Positions 50,240 to 64,000 of a DNA stretch of 64,000 nucleotides are shown one piece after another; within the stretch, counting starts at the first letter, position 1, and the number at the start of each line of letters is the position of its first letter. Source of the DNA: Azolla caroliniana (lineage: Eukaryota > Plantae > Polypodiophyta); the NCBI GenBank assembly GCA_043228905.1, contig JBHGNT010000010.1, positions 17,980,001 to 18,044,000 on the forward strand, in the 5' to 3' direction. The translations under genes and the position numbers were made by a program. Below the pieces are notes generated by a model. It was not told the DNA's origin. It did no database searches and saw only the letters and a list, made by a program, of their open reading frames with translations.

Positions 50240-51785
50240 ACCAAATCGTGTGTGAATAACTAACTTCGATTGTTGGTATGAATACCCTGTCGTTTAATGA
50301 GCAAGATTGGTTGGTTTGGATTTTCTAGTTCATCTGTGTAAGTATAGAAGAGCAAGTAGTAGTATGAATAAATAGGAGGAAATATAGAGGGAGTTTAGAA
50401 GCTCTTAAAAAGAAGTACTAATAGAACTTCATCGTGAACGACATATGTGGGTTGAAAGTGTAGCAAGTCCCCTCTTGTGAAGACAAGGAAACAAAACATT
50501 AGAGTTATATATCTTTATATAGTATTGTGAAGAAGGGTTATGATACAGACAAGGGGGGGGGGGGGGGGGGGGAGTTGAGTGATTATGTGTGTCTCATGTG
50601 TATTACTTTTCGTTCCATGAGTAATGGAAGATTTTATGTATGATCACAAGTGAAACAGTGGAATTGGGATGAATAGTGGTGAAATAGCAAAGATCATGGT
50701 GCCCAAGCATTATTTTAATGTGTTTCTTTTTCTTCTCTTGTGTATGATGGGGAACATGAATGTAAGGTATCACCAATCCCATCTTTCTTTTGAAACAAAG
50801 GTTTGGGAGGTTAGAGGAGGTAATAACTTCGAGGTTTTGGTTCTTGTTCCAAGCTGCTTCGAATTGACCAAAAAGACTCTTGAGAAGCACAATGGGGTGC
50901 ACCTTACTTGCTTGTTATTGCTCTGCCATACACCCCCCAATGAAATAGCCACGTTCGAGCACATGCTCTCTCTCTCTCCCCCCCCCACCCCCCCCCCCCC
51001 ACATTCCTTGCGCAATCAGAATGTGCACTCTCAATTACAACGTTTATTAGTAAAATTCTTGATCATCAAGAATCACTACTCAATTAATTCCAGACACATT
51101 ATGCAAATATGTCTCAAGTTTGGTGCCATAGGTCATATTTGAGATTTGAAGACAATAATATTATATATGCATATATAATATTATTGGTGCCATAGGTCTA
51201 TGTTGTACATTGGTATCTTTTATCAAGATTTACAAATTAGCAATATTAACTCTCTTCATGGCTCCAAGGTTGAGGGTTCAAATGTATGCCCATGGATTTT
51301 TCATTTACGTCAAATTTCTTAAAGATTTTATGGATAATTATATAATCCTTATTCTAGCATTCGGAGGGAATTTGCATTATTACCAATGAAATTAGTGGGA
51401 ATAATGCCATTGAGATATTTGGGCGTATGCTTCGCAATTAAATTCTCTTTCTCCATGACATGATTCAAGTTCAACACATAACTACAATATGTTGGAACAT
51501 CCTAGCCAAAGTGGCAACAAGAAGAACGATGGCCATTTGTCAACTTTGATGTTGCTAGATTAGTGTCTTGTGTACAATCCAACTATTTGAATCGATGTTG
51601 ATCATTGTAACATAAATTGCGGTTATCAAGGTTATGAGGTCGGATTTAGCATATCTATTTACATTTCCATACCTACACATTAGGGGATCTTGTAGGTTCC
51701 TTGATTAGTGGAACGATGTTAGATCCAACTTCATATAAACATGTTTGGAAGCTTTAATACTCCTCCAACTTCAAAAGAAAATGTT

Positions 51786-51975
51786 CTTTTTTCTTCTTCT
51801 TCTTCTTTTTCCAAAATGAAGCTACTTTCCCATTAGTTAGGAAGGATTATTACAAAGAGACTGTACAAGGAGGCTTATACATAGAACGGGGAATCTCCCT
51901 CCGATCAGGTTCAAGAAAAGGAGACTAGTTACATCGCCTTTCGGACTGACTACTTAATGTAAGTACCTATAGACC
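51786..51975 (-). mobile_element. Short LINE 3'-UTR copy, same family as 46975-47572
   Basis: Resembles the reverse complement of ~47390-47560 (..ATAATCCTTCCTAACTAATGGGAAAGTA.CTTCATTTTGG plus A-rich tail). Confidence 0.8.
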
Positions 51976-54699
51976 TCGTGCTCACTTTAAAATATCCCAT
52001 CGACATGAACATGATCCTTTTATCATTATCATACTAAAATTATCCCCATTCTTAAGTTGTTAATATTTCTATCTTTGGACACGTGTTTTCAAAACTCATG
52101 GAATATTATAATTTCCCAAAAATGACATACCATCTTAATGTCTCACATTCAATAAACTCACGGTCTCCAAAAGTTCAACATTTCCATATCTATATCCAAT
52201 CAACACAAATATGCCCCCTCCCATGCAAAATGAGTTCGAGCTCTCCATGCAAAATGAGTTAGAGCTCTAACTTTTCATTGATAAAATTTAATTCTTTTGT
52301 TCATGTAATTCACAATTCTCTCTATCTCTCACTCACATACTCAGTTAGTAGTATATATATTAAAAGAGAATACAAAAACCCCTTGCACAAACCATACTAC
52401 AATAACGAGGCTCTTTATATCAAGGTAGTGAGATACCCCCTAAGTTTGTCTAAACTAATTGCTCAACGGTAACTCCTCTAGGGGGACATAGTGCCCACTT
52501 AAATTGATTGCAACGAACACCCCATCAAAAACATCACCTTGAACATGGGGATAGTGAAATATTTCATTCCATGATAAACTCCCAATTATCAATGCCTAAA
52601 TCTACGATATACTAGCTCAAAATCACTTTAGGAGCAACATTTAACGCATGGCATCCTCCTCAAATATGGTACAAAAAGAGCATGTCCAATCTTAAATGTG
52701 TTAGTATCGTAGCCATGTCATCTACAAAAGCAACCTTTTCCACCGTCACCCAACAAAGAGAGACTTTCAAGTAGAATGAACTATGAGATTGCCATCCCTC
52801 ATATACAACAATCGTAAGGGATTGGTAACATACTATTTAACACATTCCCCACCAAATAAGCTCTATATTCAATAGTGTTAACATAGAGATCGTTGATATG
52901 CATCGTGAGTATTTATATTTTTTGCATTTGAATAACCAACCTCTCCATGGTTTTTCTTCCATAAAATATTCAATAGAGGCCACAATAATAGGCAAAACAG
53001 AAAATGTTCACCAAATAGTCAGGAGATATATGAAACCTTCTCGTAGTTTTAAGTGTCATCGCTTGCCTTTGTGGTATTAAAATATCATTTCACACCGTTA
53101 CCAAACTCAAGCTTCACCACATGAGAAATTCGAACATGGGATAGTTAGGGAACAAGACTTTGTGGAACATTTTAGATGGAGCTAAAATTGATTGTGTACA
53201 CCCTATTGCATGTGGGATAGTAAGGCAAAAGGATCCATGGAATCGCCTCTTTCTTAAAGCAATTCATTGTTAGAGACTAACTAATTAGTAAGTAAAATAT
53301 AAGGAAAATATAAGGAAAACCTATCTCATGATCACTTATGGTTATGCATGTAACATGAATGTTGGATAATTGGATCTTCATCATATAAGTAGCATATCCA
53401 TATGCTAGTCATTTGAGTTATCTGAAACTTGGTTTATATGGTTTTAAATGTCATGTGTTGCCTTTGTGGCCATAAAATAAGTTTGTGATTTTATTTTTCA
53501 CAATAATCAATTGATATTCCCCATATCATAGAATTAAAATGTGGGCCTTTATTTTCCATCCTAGTACTGTGAGAGCTACGAAGATGTGAATACCTCAATT
53601 GATATAGAATTCTTACATTGGCTATGCTCTAATTGTTACCATACCTTTCCAATGATGTCACAATGGCATAGACACCAAAGGAACAAGGCTTGTAGGAATA
53701 GAAAAAGGGGCAAGAAACAAAAAAATAAGAGTTACAATGACTTATTGGGAATTACAATGTGAAAATGCCCAAATATTGTAAAAGACTATAAAAGTTAATT
53801 TTAGGGCTTTTCTGAGTTCCTTCTTTCTTCTCTCTCTTTTGGGCTAGAGCCTAAATCGTTCACTCTCACACTCACACATAACACCTTGACACTTGTCTTT
53901 TAGCCATTCCAAATTTAAAAGTATCCATCTTCAGGGTTTAAGCTTGACTTCATGTAGATGAGCCACTTTGTCTCCTTTTTTAATTAATTAGAGTGTGTTG
54001 TCATTAATGATTTTTTTGTATTGATTTACATTTGTTAAAGTGGTTAATTAAATATGCCACATAGGTTGAGTTTGATTTTTTTAAATATGTTATTTAATAT
54101 TTAATCAATTGTAAGAGTGACATCAAAGATTATCCCCACAATGAGCTAGTTCGCTACGCCAATATGCTCGCAAGAATTTCGCAACCACTGTTGTTTGTCT
54201 CTCCAAAAATAGGGTATTACCTCACTTGAACCTTGCCATAATGAACAACCAAAAATATCTCATCTAAGATTAAACACGTCAACCCCCATAAAAATAACAT
54301 TTGGAGTTGTTGTCAATAGCTTATTTGGCATCAACAAGCATCCAATAACGCTTTTCATAAGTTCTAAAGGAATAAAAAATACTAATTGGACAAAGCATGT
54401 TTACGAGTCATACCATTTCAGTGAGGCAAACCTCTATGAATTGCTTAAGTCAGGTCACCAACATAGAAGATTGGGCTAGAGCAACTCTAGCAGTAGTAAC
54501 AAGCTTGACTAGATCGAGGATATACATTTTATGGTTTTTGTTTACTGCAATGCTTTTCTTTGTTTTGTCATGTTTAATTTTGTGGGATTTAGTTGTAAAT
54601 TGCTCATAGGAACTATTCCTTGACAAAGTATCTACATACTTGTCCAGTCATTAGAAACCTTAAACTCCAAAATAGTTGTTGATACATGACCCATGCAAC

Positions 54700-54995
54700 T
54701 CCACATTTCGAACAATCATCGTTTCCAAGAGATTTCAATGATTCATTATTTTTCATGAGAATTTGACAATGCATCATCTTCAATCAATTGTCATTTTTGC
54801 GTGATTTCAATGGTTCATTGTGTTTAACCGATCATAATTTTCAAGGGATATTTCGAACAATCATTGTTGTAGTGAGATTTCAACACTTCATTGTTTTCAA
54901 CTAATCATAAAATCCAATGGATGGTTTGAACAATCATCATTTCATCAATATTTCAATGATTAACTATTTTTCATAATTAACAATTCATCATCTTC
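54700..54995. repeat. Degenerate ~72-bp tandem repeat
   Basis: TTCGAACAATCAT..GATTTCAATG.TTCATT units at ~54706, 54778, 54850 and 54924. Confidence 0.6.
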
Positions 54996-55526
54996 AGTCA
55001 AGTCCATTTGTTTTTAGGGTATTGACCAGTATTCGTTTCTTACTCACTTTGACCATTCGTCAAGGCGTCAAAACTAACATATTATCAAAACTAACGCTAA
55101 TTACTCCAATATTGAATTATGAAAGTGAGAAAGGAATGTATATTATTAATCGTTAATTCTGTTTTCTTTCTTGAAAATGTCAAGGGGTGTTTAAAAACCC
55201 TTCTGATGTCTTTTTTATTGGGTATTGTTTCTTTTGCGACCTCCAAAATTTGTAAATACGTATAATAATCACATTTAGTGAATTTGAGCACACAATAAAG
55301 CTAATGCACATTGTTATTCCAAACCCGTACCATTTGATCACAAACTTTGAGTTTAACACTGGCAAAATGCCAAAAGGAAGAAAAACACTCATGCATTGAT
55401 GATTGTGGCTCATCTTTGAGAGATTATTTGCCTTTAGTAGGTCCCCGACCCTTTATCTTCTATTATCACTCCTAACTACTTCTTACCATTTGATCTAAAC
55501 TTCTCATGCTTTCCTCCCTATGGACA

Positions 55527-55567
<41 letters not shown>

Positions 55568-56344
55568 CTTAGTGAGGATCACAACCATTGAAAAAGTTCA
55601 CATACATGTTTTATTTTATGATACATTAATAGATTACCTTGTGAATGAGGATTTTTCGTAACATCAATATATTACAACATGGGAAAGATGTGGAGGTTCA
55701 CATTTCTCAAATTATATTATGCATGTTGTACCAAAGTACAAAACTATCTTCTTCTCGTAACAAGGAGCCCACACTCAACAAAAATGTGCTAGAAGTAGAG
55801 ATCATTCCTTTGTCCGCCATCCACATTGTTGGTTCAATCTAACTTCTTATTTTCACATTCTCTTCAAGGTGAGACACATCGTTGGGACACAAGTGACAAG
55901 ACATATTGACTACACATAGTTTGTCTTGAACAAGTGTAGGGTTCAAACTATTGACACTTTGATACAATGCGTTGCATTTGACCAATCTACAGTTTGCTTT
56001 CACACACTATCAATTCAATGTACTCCCAACATACAATCCTCTCACAATAAGCACTCTCAAGTGCAATGTTTATTAGTAGATTTCTTGAGCATCTAGAGCC
56101 ATTACTTGATTCCACACCTACTATGTAAAAATGATTCAGTGTTCGTTCCACGTGTTATATTTGATCTTAGAGAACGATAAAAAAAAATCCATGTACCTCC
56201 TTCTAACATAGTTTCCACCCACTTGCTCTTATTCTTTAAATTTCTCCCACTAGATGCTCTTATTAAGAGTATACCCCACATAGATCCCTTGAAAATCTCT
56301 CTGTTGAAGTTCGTTTGCACAATAAGATCCAACAAGATTCTCAA

Positions 56345-56725
56345 ACACTAGAAATAGAGACTTTTTTAGCTATTGTTATTGAGATTTTATCTTGTGCCAA
56401 GGTTGTTACAAACTTCCAAACCATGATTGACGTGATGACCATGCGATGACTTTCAATAGATTTACTTTATGGATTTATGATAAGTATTCCATGTTACTTT
56501 AAAAACAATAGGAGACATGAACTCCTCAAGTATATAATAATTGCTCTTATTGAGAATCCATTACATATTGGGGTTGTTACGAACTTCCAAATCATGTGCA
56601 ACTTGGATTGACATGATGGCCTTACACATTTCGCTTCCAATATACACATGTAATGGATTTCTAATATGTTCTCCATGTTACTCTAGAAACATTAGGTGAC
56701 ATAAACTCTCTTCGATATATATTAT
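56345..56725. repeat. Old ~172-bp tandem duplication
   Basis: GGTTGTTAC.AACTTCCAAA.CATG at 56401 and 56573; CCATGTTACT.TA.AAACA.TAGG.GACAT.AACTC occurs twice. Confidence 0.7.
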
Positions 56726-58714
56726 CTAAGTCCTCCTAGCAAAAATATCATCTTAAGCCTTTTTAAAATTTTCATGCGATAACATGGAGAGATACTTGGA
56801 ATATTAATGTATAAAACTATGCATGTCATTCATAAGACGACCTAGGACACTACTTCCGAACATTATTATATAAACAATTTTCGTGAGGATATTGATTATA
56901 AAGATACATGGAAATGATGTCAAGATAAGATAAAGGTTCATACTAGCGTAACACAAACAATGTGGTGGCTTTTGTTTAACACTTGTTCCCATGCTCTTGT
57001 TTACAAGTTTATGTAAATTACATGTCCCATCCATATTAAAGTCTTTCCCTGTAACATACAATCCTCCATTGCATGATTACAATTTCCTATGTCGGTGCCT
57101 TTTCTTCATGAGTTAAGTATTTGCACTTTCATGATCTAATACAAACAAATGCATTTTCATTGTGTTAATATAGCACATTGTATATCTATTTCTTATTCTA
57201 TGCTTATGCAATGACTTTTTTAAGCCATCCATGCACTCCACATTCTCTGGCATCCTTGCTCTATATTTACCTTGGAAACCATCAATTTTGGTACACTGAC
57301 AGGACTTTAAAGTTTGCACGTGTTCATCCCATATTTGCACCACATGCGTGTGTATACCTTACCTTTGGTGGTACTAAATTTAACTAATAAACAACACATT
57401 AAGTTTGTGCATTATTTTACTGCATGATAAACTAAAGAGCGTTTAGGTGAAATAAACAAATTTGCTTAGAAAAACACAATATATCAATGTAGATTTTATA
57501 TTTGAGATGAAATCAATGCAATAGGTCACGTGAGAGCAAGAGGATCAAAATGACATTGATCATTAAATAGGAAAGTTCCGGATATCAAGACTTATTACTC
57601 CATGTTGGATATAAACATTATGATGCATCATGCAACTCCTCTATGTGGAGATTAGATCCTTCGAATACAGTTTTTGCACATGAATGTGAATGAATTGTTA
57701 ATTAGCAAGTTGCCCCTAATTGGGTTAAATTTTACACATCAAGAATATATACATGCATAAGGTGTCATTTAACCGTAATATTGTTTGGTTATTTTGTCAT
57801 GTAGTTTGACCAAAATTTTCACCAACAATTTGTAAGTGTGACATTTTACCTCACTAATTTTCATTGACTTTCATGTTGTAAGAATGTCTCAAGTTTGTGA
57901 GATGAATTCATTTATGAAGTCACTAACAATAGTATGAAATGATGACGTGTGTGGGAATGATAAAGTTTAGAAAGATAAGTTTGATTACACACACACACAC
58001 ACAATGTGTGTGAGAGAGAGGGAGAGAGGGAAGGAGGATAAACATAGATTTTATATCCTCTTGAGAGGTTAAATATGACTTATGGGGCCAAAAGTGAAAC
58101 TTTTTTACATAGTATGTGTAGTGGCTCTCAATATTCAAGCATTTTTCTAATGAATTTTGCAATCAATAATGCACAATGTTTGTAGGGAGTGAACTAGATC
58201 GACAATGTGTGGAAAGCAATCCCAAACAATGTTGAATGAAGCACATTATATCAAATTGTGATGCTCTCGCTCCCAAACTTGTTCAAGGAAAATATGCAAT
58301 TCACAAGTTTCCTCACTTGTGTCCCAATGTCTTGTTTCACATTGAATAGGGCATGCCATGTGAACTAAAGTGTATGGGAGCAATGATGTGGATGGCAGAC
58401 AAGGGTGCGATTGGCTCTAGCATGTATCATTGAGTGCAATGTCACCATTTGAAGAAGGATATACATAAGTTATTTCTGTGCTTTCTTCAAGACTTGGCCC
58501 TCAACACATATTTATACAAAGGCTCTTGCCTCTCAGGGTAGTGAGCAACCATTGCCCTCAAAACATAATTGCTTCTCCTTCATAATTGAGTGCCATCCAT
58601 AATTGAGTCATTGTAATTAGCTTAAATTTAATTACTTGTTCTATTTAATTACACTTATATATACAATATAGAGAGATAGTGAAAACAATAATGAAATCTA
58701 GTTATCTTATTTGT

Positions 58715-58928
58715 GATGTATCTTGTCTGTAAAAATTGAAGTCAAGGGTTCATTCTCTATCTAAATCTCTCTCTCAATCTATCTCATAATTGAAATCTCC
58801 GTATCTCAATCTCTCAATCTCTATCTTAAATACTTTCTCGCTAAAGCTAGTACAACCTTCGAATCCTTCTAGTCCAGGACCCCGGTGGTCCTGCTTCATT
58901 TCGTGAACACGTGAGGATTTCCTCGACA
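58715..58928 (+). mobile_element. Partial LTR (U5 end) related to 33652-34393
   Basis: Ends ..GGACCCCGGTGGTCCTGC..CCTCGACA, followed by ACGT. Confidence 0.8.
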
Positions 58929-61457
58929 ACGTCCCATACCGCCAGATATTAGGATGACTAATACCTTGGAAGAGATAACATGATCGTGGAGACGAAAGCA
59001 TAGCCTACACCACCGATATCTAAGACAACAACCTTCTGACGTAATGTCCTTATGGGGGTAGCTAAGCCTCATATTTATACATTTTCCTAGGCCCCTTGAA
59101 TATATGTGCCTTTCTAAAAGGCTCTCCATTCATTGGTTATCTAAATCATGATAGTGCATGCAACTATCATTCCTTCTATCCAATCACATTAGTCTCCTTT
59201 TTAACATTAGTGAACATACCCTTCACTTATGTAAATATTAGTGACTTACCCTCACCTACGTTATGTGTACATAACATACTCCCCTACTTCAAAAGATTGC
59301 ACTCTTGCAATATAAAGTGAGGAAATTGTGCCTTAAGAGTATGCTCGCGTTCCCATGTGTCATCATCAATAGGTTTATCCATCCATTTGATCTTGAATAG
59401 CCGAATCTCTTTAGAACGTAAGCGTTTAGTACGAGAATCAAGAATTCGTTCAGGAACATGACGTTTGTAAGAAAAATCCTCTAATGTTACAAGATCTTGG
59501 ATTGTGACGGTGTTATCACCAGAGCCTAAATATGGTTTTAAACGACTGACGTGAAAAACGGGATGAATACCAACATTACGGGGTAAGGCAAGGTGATAAG
59601 CAGATGACCCAACTCACTTAAGGATTTCAAATGGGCCACAATATCATGGGGCTAACTTAGCGCACTTGCTCGTAGACAATGATGTAGAGTTAGTAGGGAC
59701 ATGCAAAAAAACTTTTTGACCAATAGTAAATGCACGAGGACGTCTATCCTGATCAACATAAAATCAAGCACGATCTTGAGTTGTCTTGACATTTTCTTTG
59801 GCAATATGCAACATTTAGTTCATGTCTTGCAAAAAATTGTGTGTATTGTCTAATGTATCACGATGAATCGTGACATCAACTAGGGCACGTTGCTGAAAAC
59901 CATACATCAACATAAAATGACTACATCCAATGGATGTATGTTCTGAGATATTATGGCAAATTATAATATAGGAAGGTATTGCTCCCACTTAGAAGGGGTT
60001 TTTACTACATAAGCTCGAAGCATGTCCTCAATAATTTGATTAACTCGTTCAGTTTGTCCATCATACTGAGGATGATTTGCGGAATTCATGCTCAACGTAG
60101 TTTCTAGCTTCTTAAAGACTTGAGTCCAAAAGTCACTACTAAACTTGGAATCTCGATCGCTAACAATATCCATCGGTAATCCATAAAAACGAAATAACTC
60201 ATCAACAAATTGATAAGCCAAATGTTGAGCGGTTACTGTGGTAGGAATAAATCTAGCCAATTTTGTTAGTCGGTCAACGACAACCCAAATGGCATCATGA
60301 CCCCTCTATGCACGAGGTAAACTAACAATAAAATCCATCGAGATACTTTACCATTTGTTGTTGGGAATATCTAAGGGATGTAAAAGACCAGTAGCTTTAA
60401 GTCGTTCCTACTTATTAATCTGACATTGTAAGCATTGAGTCACGTATTTATGCATGTCAGAGCGCATCTTAGGCCAGAAAAAAGTATTCGAGATGAGAAC
60501 GAGTGTGCATTGTATTCCAGGATGACTAGCAGATGGTGCATCATGATATTCATGAAGAATTTTCTGTTTTACGTTTGGTAAATCTGGAACACAAACCTTT
60601 CCACTACGGTAGAGAAAACCATTTGTAATGTGAAGGGTCACCTTTGAGGGTAGGGTGCTAGTAACGACATCTAAACCAGATTCGGTTTTCGTCTAGTATT
60701 TCGAGAAATAACTGTCATCAAGGTATTTCCCTCGAAGGTGATCTAAAAGATCAAATTTTTATTTCCGTGAAGCTAAGCATGTTAATTTCTTTAATGCAAC
60801 TAAGAGCATCCGCAATGGTGTTCATAGAACCCATACCGTATGGAAAAATCAAAATCTTGCATAAGGTCAGTCCAATGGCCTTTACGACCAACAATATCTG
60901 GCTGGTCATAAAAATACTTCAAGGATTGATGGTCCGTTATAAGCACAAATTCATTTCCATAGAGATAATGCCTCCATGTTTTTAGTGCATGTATTACCAC
61001 GAACAACTCTTTCTCTTGAATTGAATACTGAGATTGAGTTGCATCAAGCATTTTACTTTCAAAAGCAATAGGGTGATCGCCTTGATAAAGGACGACACCA
61101 ATAACATAATCACTAGCATTGGAAGGGTCCGGTAATAGAAGAGTTAGAGCCAGACACATGCTTTTTGAGTGTCTTAATTGATTTGTCAAGTTGTTCATTC
61201 CATGAAATTGGTTTAATAGACTTACGTGGATGACCTTTTAAAAGGTCACTTAATGGCGTAGTCAATTTAGAATAATTACGAATTGATTTTCGTAAAAATC
61301 CAACAAATCCTAAGAATGATCAAAGTTCACGAATATTACGAGGAATAGGCCAAAGTTTAACCTTTTCAATACGAGAAGGTTCAATTTCAACGCCATTTTC
61401 CGTAATTAAATGACCTAGGTACACAATAGATTTTTGGAAAAAAACACATTTTTAATG
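58929..61457 (-). mobile_element. Degenerate chromovirus 3' half: RT end, RNase H, integrase, chromodomain, PPT, partial 3' LTR (to 59276)
   Basis: ASDYVIGVVL..EKELFVVIHALKTWRHYL; YHDAPSASHPG..CLQC; IVSDRDSKF..GQTERVNQ; PPT GAAGTAGGGGAGTA then TGTTATG. Confidence 0.88.
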
Positions 61458-64000
61458 TGTTGAGATATCAAGTTCAACAGTCGTTTAGTGAACACACGTA
61501 ACTTAGTAGTTACCTAGATAGAATCTAGTTAGTTTGTTGACCTTAAGCCCTTAAATAGGATTTTGTGCTTGAGTGGGATACATTGTAGATCCTCCACTCC
61601 CATAATCATTTAATATATAACTTACACCTTTGTATTTATATTCTACTCACACATGTGCACCTTTGCACATGAGATATATAGATACCTCATTGTGGGTATT
61701 TTTGTATTTGATGATGCTTTTTAATATAGTTAATCATCCCCCATCTTGTCTCGTTGTTGATACATGTTCTTTCTCTCTTCCTCTCACACTCTCACATAAA
61801 TACACACACATCACATAATCTTTCGTTGCTTAATCACATATTAGGTAGTAATTAACACGTAGTTAATTACCTAATTCTTAACATGGTATTAGAGCGTGTG
61901 TTTTAGCACATCCACTAAGCCCACCCGACTCTTCCTGATTGTGTGTTCGAGAGGCTGTCGTGGGGAATTCCGGCCACAAGGAGAAAAGGGACCGGAGAGG
62001 TGTGAACGGGCACGTGCGCGGATGCGCGTGAAAATAAATTGTGTACTTGAAAATAACATAGGACTAGGCTAGGTCGACACGATGTATAAAACTTTAATAG
62101 GGCAAATTAAATAAGGGAATAAATCTAGGAGAATCTCTGTCTGGGACCACTGAGATTAATTACTTGATGTAACAAGCCCTCTCCCTCCTTGGTCTATAAA
62201 AGGAGGTAGAGAGGGCTGAGTTAGGGATCGTGCGTTTAGGGAGAACGAAGTGTTGTCGGACTAGGAACTAAGCATTTATTCTCTGTATTCTCTGTTTTTT
62301 TTTTGTTTAGGTTGGACGCCTCTGCTTGCGTAGGAAGCTTGTGTGCTCCCGGTAGAGGCTCCACGTTGTACTTCGGTGATTGGTGTGCGTGTGTTGCTCA
62401 CTGAGATCGTAGCTCAGCTACTGGTTGAGCCGGTTGTAACTTCTCTGCCTCCTAATTGAAATGTTGGTATGAGTTTCTTGTTGATCATCTAGTGTGTTGC
62501 CCCGATCCCGACTGAGCCAATTGCGCTCTGTGCATCTCAACACCTAACGCCCTATGCACCCTTCGTCTATCTTATTCTTCTTCTTCTTGAACTCTTCGGT
62601 TCGAGGCCCCCGTGGTCCCGCCTAGCTTCCCACACGCACCCGTAGTTACGCAACAATGCAGATGACAAATCTGGCTATTGGCTACCGTAGTGTCGCTACA
62701 TAGCATGTGTACATGACCAAAGGAAGAAAAGGAAAGAAGAGAAGACACTAATCAACATGAACACACAATGGGTAGCTCGCTCCCTAGTGAAAAGCTAGAC
62801 CGGAGCAATTATTCATCTTGGGAGTACAAGATGAACCAATACCTAGTCGGCCAAGGGTATTGGGGCCACATCAACGACGTAGAAGAAAATCAAGCCGACC
62901 CAAAAGAACGCTGACTACTCAACATGGGAGCAAGCGGCGAGTCGAGTCATGTATTTCTTGGCAACATGTGTCCATGAACACATGTTGAGCTACATTCTAG
63001 ACGCCAAGACGCCTAAAGGGGCGTGGGAGAACTTGAAGAAAATGTTTGACGCCAACACCGCCCGCAAACTTCAACTCCAGCAAGAGTTGAAGAACTCGGA
63101 CTACATTGCCAAGATCAAGAGCATTTGCGACTCGCTTGGCTCCATCAACATAAACATCGACGAAGTATGCTTGGACGGCCTCGCACAACGATTCAACTCG
63201 TTAAGGACGACAATCTTGGCGAGGGAAAATCCTCCTTCGTTCTTCGACCTTCAATTAATGCTATTGGTCGAAGAGAACCATGTCCAAACCAAGACGAAGA
63301 CGTTAGAAGGACAAATTTTCTTCTCGAATGCGGATGGTGGCCATGGATGAGGTTGAGGCGGTAGAAGAGGTCGATTCGACCCATCACATGAAGGGAACTC
63401 AAACCTTCGACAACAAGACGAAAGCCATCAAGGAAGCTTCGGAAGAAGGGGGAGCTTCCATGCCAAACAAGGTTGGCAAACGAGGCCCCTACTTGCAACT
63501 ATTGTGGCAAAATCAGCCATGGTGAAGAGGAGTGTCGGAAGAAGAGAAGTGAGTTGGCTTCGACAAGTCGAAAAATCACAAATTACGCCACCAACTTCGA
63601 ATACGACGACTATGGTGGGCTATTCGTAATGAGACATAGAGTGAACTCTATGACGGCCTCTGAATCCACAAGCACCTCTAACTCGGAAGACGTGTGGTTC
63701 GTCGACTCCGGCACCTCGCATCATATGACGTCACACCAAGAATGGTTTCATGACCTAAGAACGCCGGATCGACCCGGCTTCATAGAGACGGGAGACGACA
63801 CCACACATCCCATTTGGCACATCGGCAATGTCCCATTCGGGAAAGAAGGCGAACAAACTTGCATCAAGAATATCTTGCACGTGTCCACAATAACAAAGAA
63901 TTTGTTCTTGGTCGGCCAAATCGTGGAGCAAGGCACGCAAGTTCATTTCAATAACGAAGGGTGCTTCATCAACAAAGATGGCTGACTCATAGCTAAGGGA
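61458..64000 (+). mobile_element. Degenerate Copia 5' part: LTR 61458-61883, iMet PBS 61884-61895, gag and protease; continues beyond the window
   Basis: TGTTGAGA..TCTTAACA; TGGTATTAGAGC; KLDRSNYSSWEYKM; CNYCGKISHGEEEC; WFVDSGTSHHM. Confidence 0.88.
61956..62655 (+). mobile_element. Solo LTR (700 bp) of the Trp-Gypsy clan in the Copia leader
   Basis: TGTCGTGG...GCAACA; conserved CTATAAAAGGAGG, GGGATCG and ACGAAGTGTTGTCGG blocks; flanks AGGC/ATGC. Confidence 0.82.

Noticed and set aside
51255-51295. B-box-like GGGTTCAAAT upstream of the ERF
   Set aside because: No convincing A box or stems; at most a decayed SINE trace.

Overview
Eukaryotic (land-plant) genomic DNA. The element content suggests a seed-free lineage such as a fern or lycophyte, which is an inference. 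There are two host genes, both on the minus strand. One is a multi-exon MYND-zinc-finger ubiquitin-specific protease (UBP15-19 clade, 182-5104, running off the left edge). The other is a two-exon ERF-type AP2 transcription factor (48822-50239). Most of 13.5-47.6 kb and 58.7-64 kb is a nest of transposons: Copia remnants, Tcn1/Tf1-like chromoviruses, a near-intact GC-rich Gypsy with a tRNA-Trp PBS (24709-31699), its gag-only non-autonomous relative (33652-38124), three solo LTRs and one partial LTR of that clan, L1-like LINE 3' ends and a non-autonomous hAT element. The most notable observations are: (1) antisense tRNA-like Pol III cassettes (A/B boxes) in the U3 of three LTR families from two unrelated Gypsy lineages, next to heat-shock elements and a tRNA-independent self-priming signal in the chromoviruses; (2) a slippery site plus predicted pseudoknot for a -1 frameshift between protease and RT; (3) 4-bp TSDs biased to ACGT; (4) a Copia PBS flipped by a 24-bp micro-inversion. 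All coordinates were read by eye.
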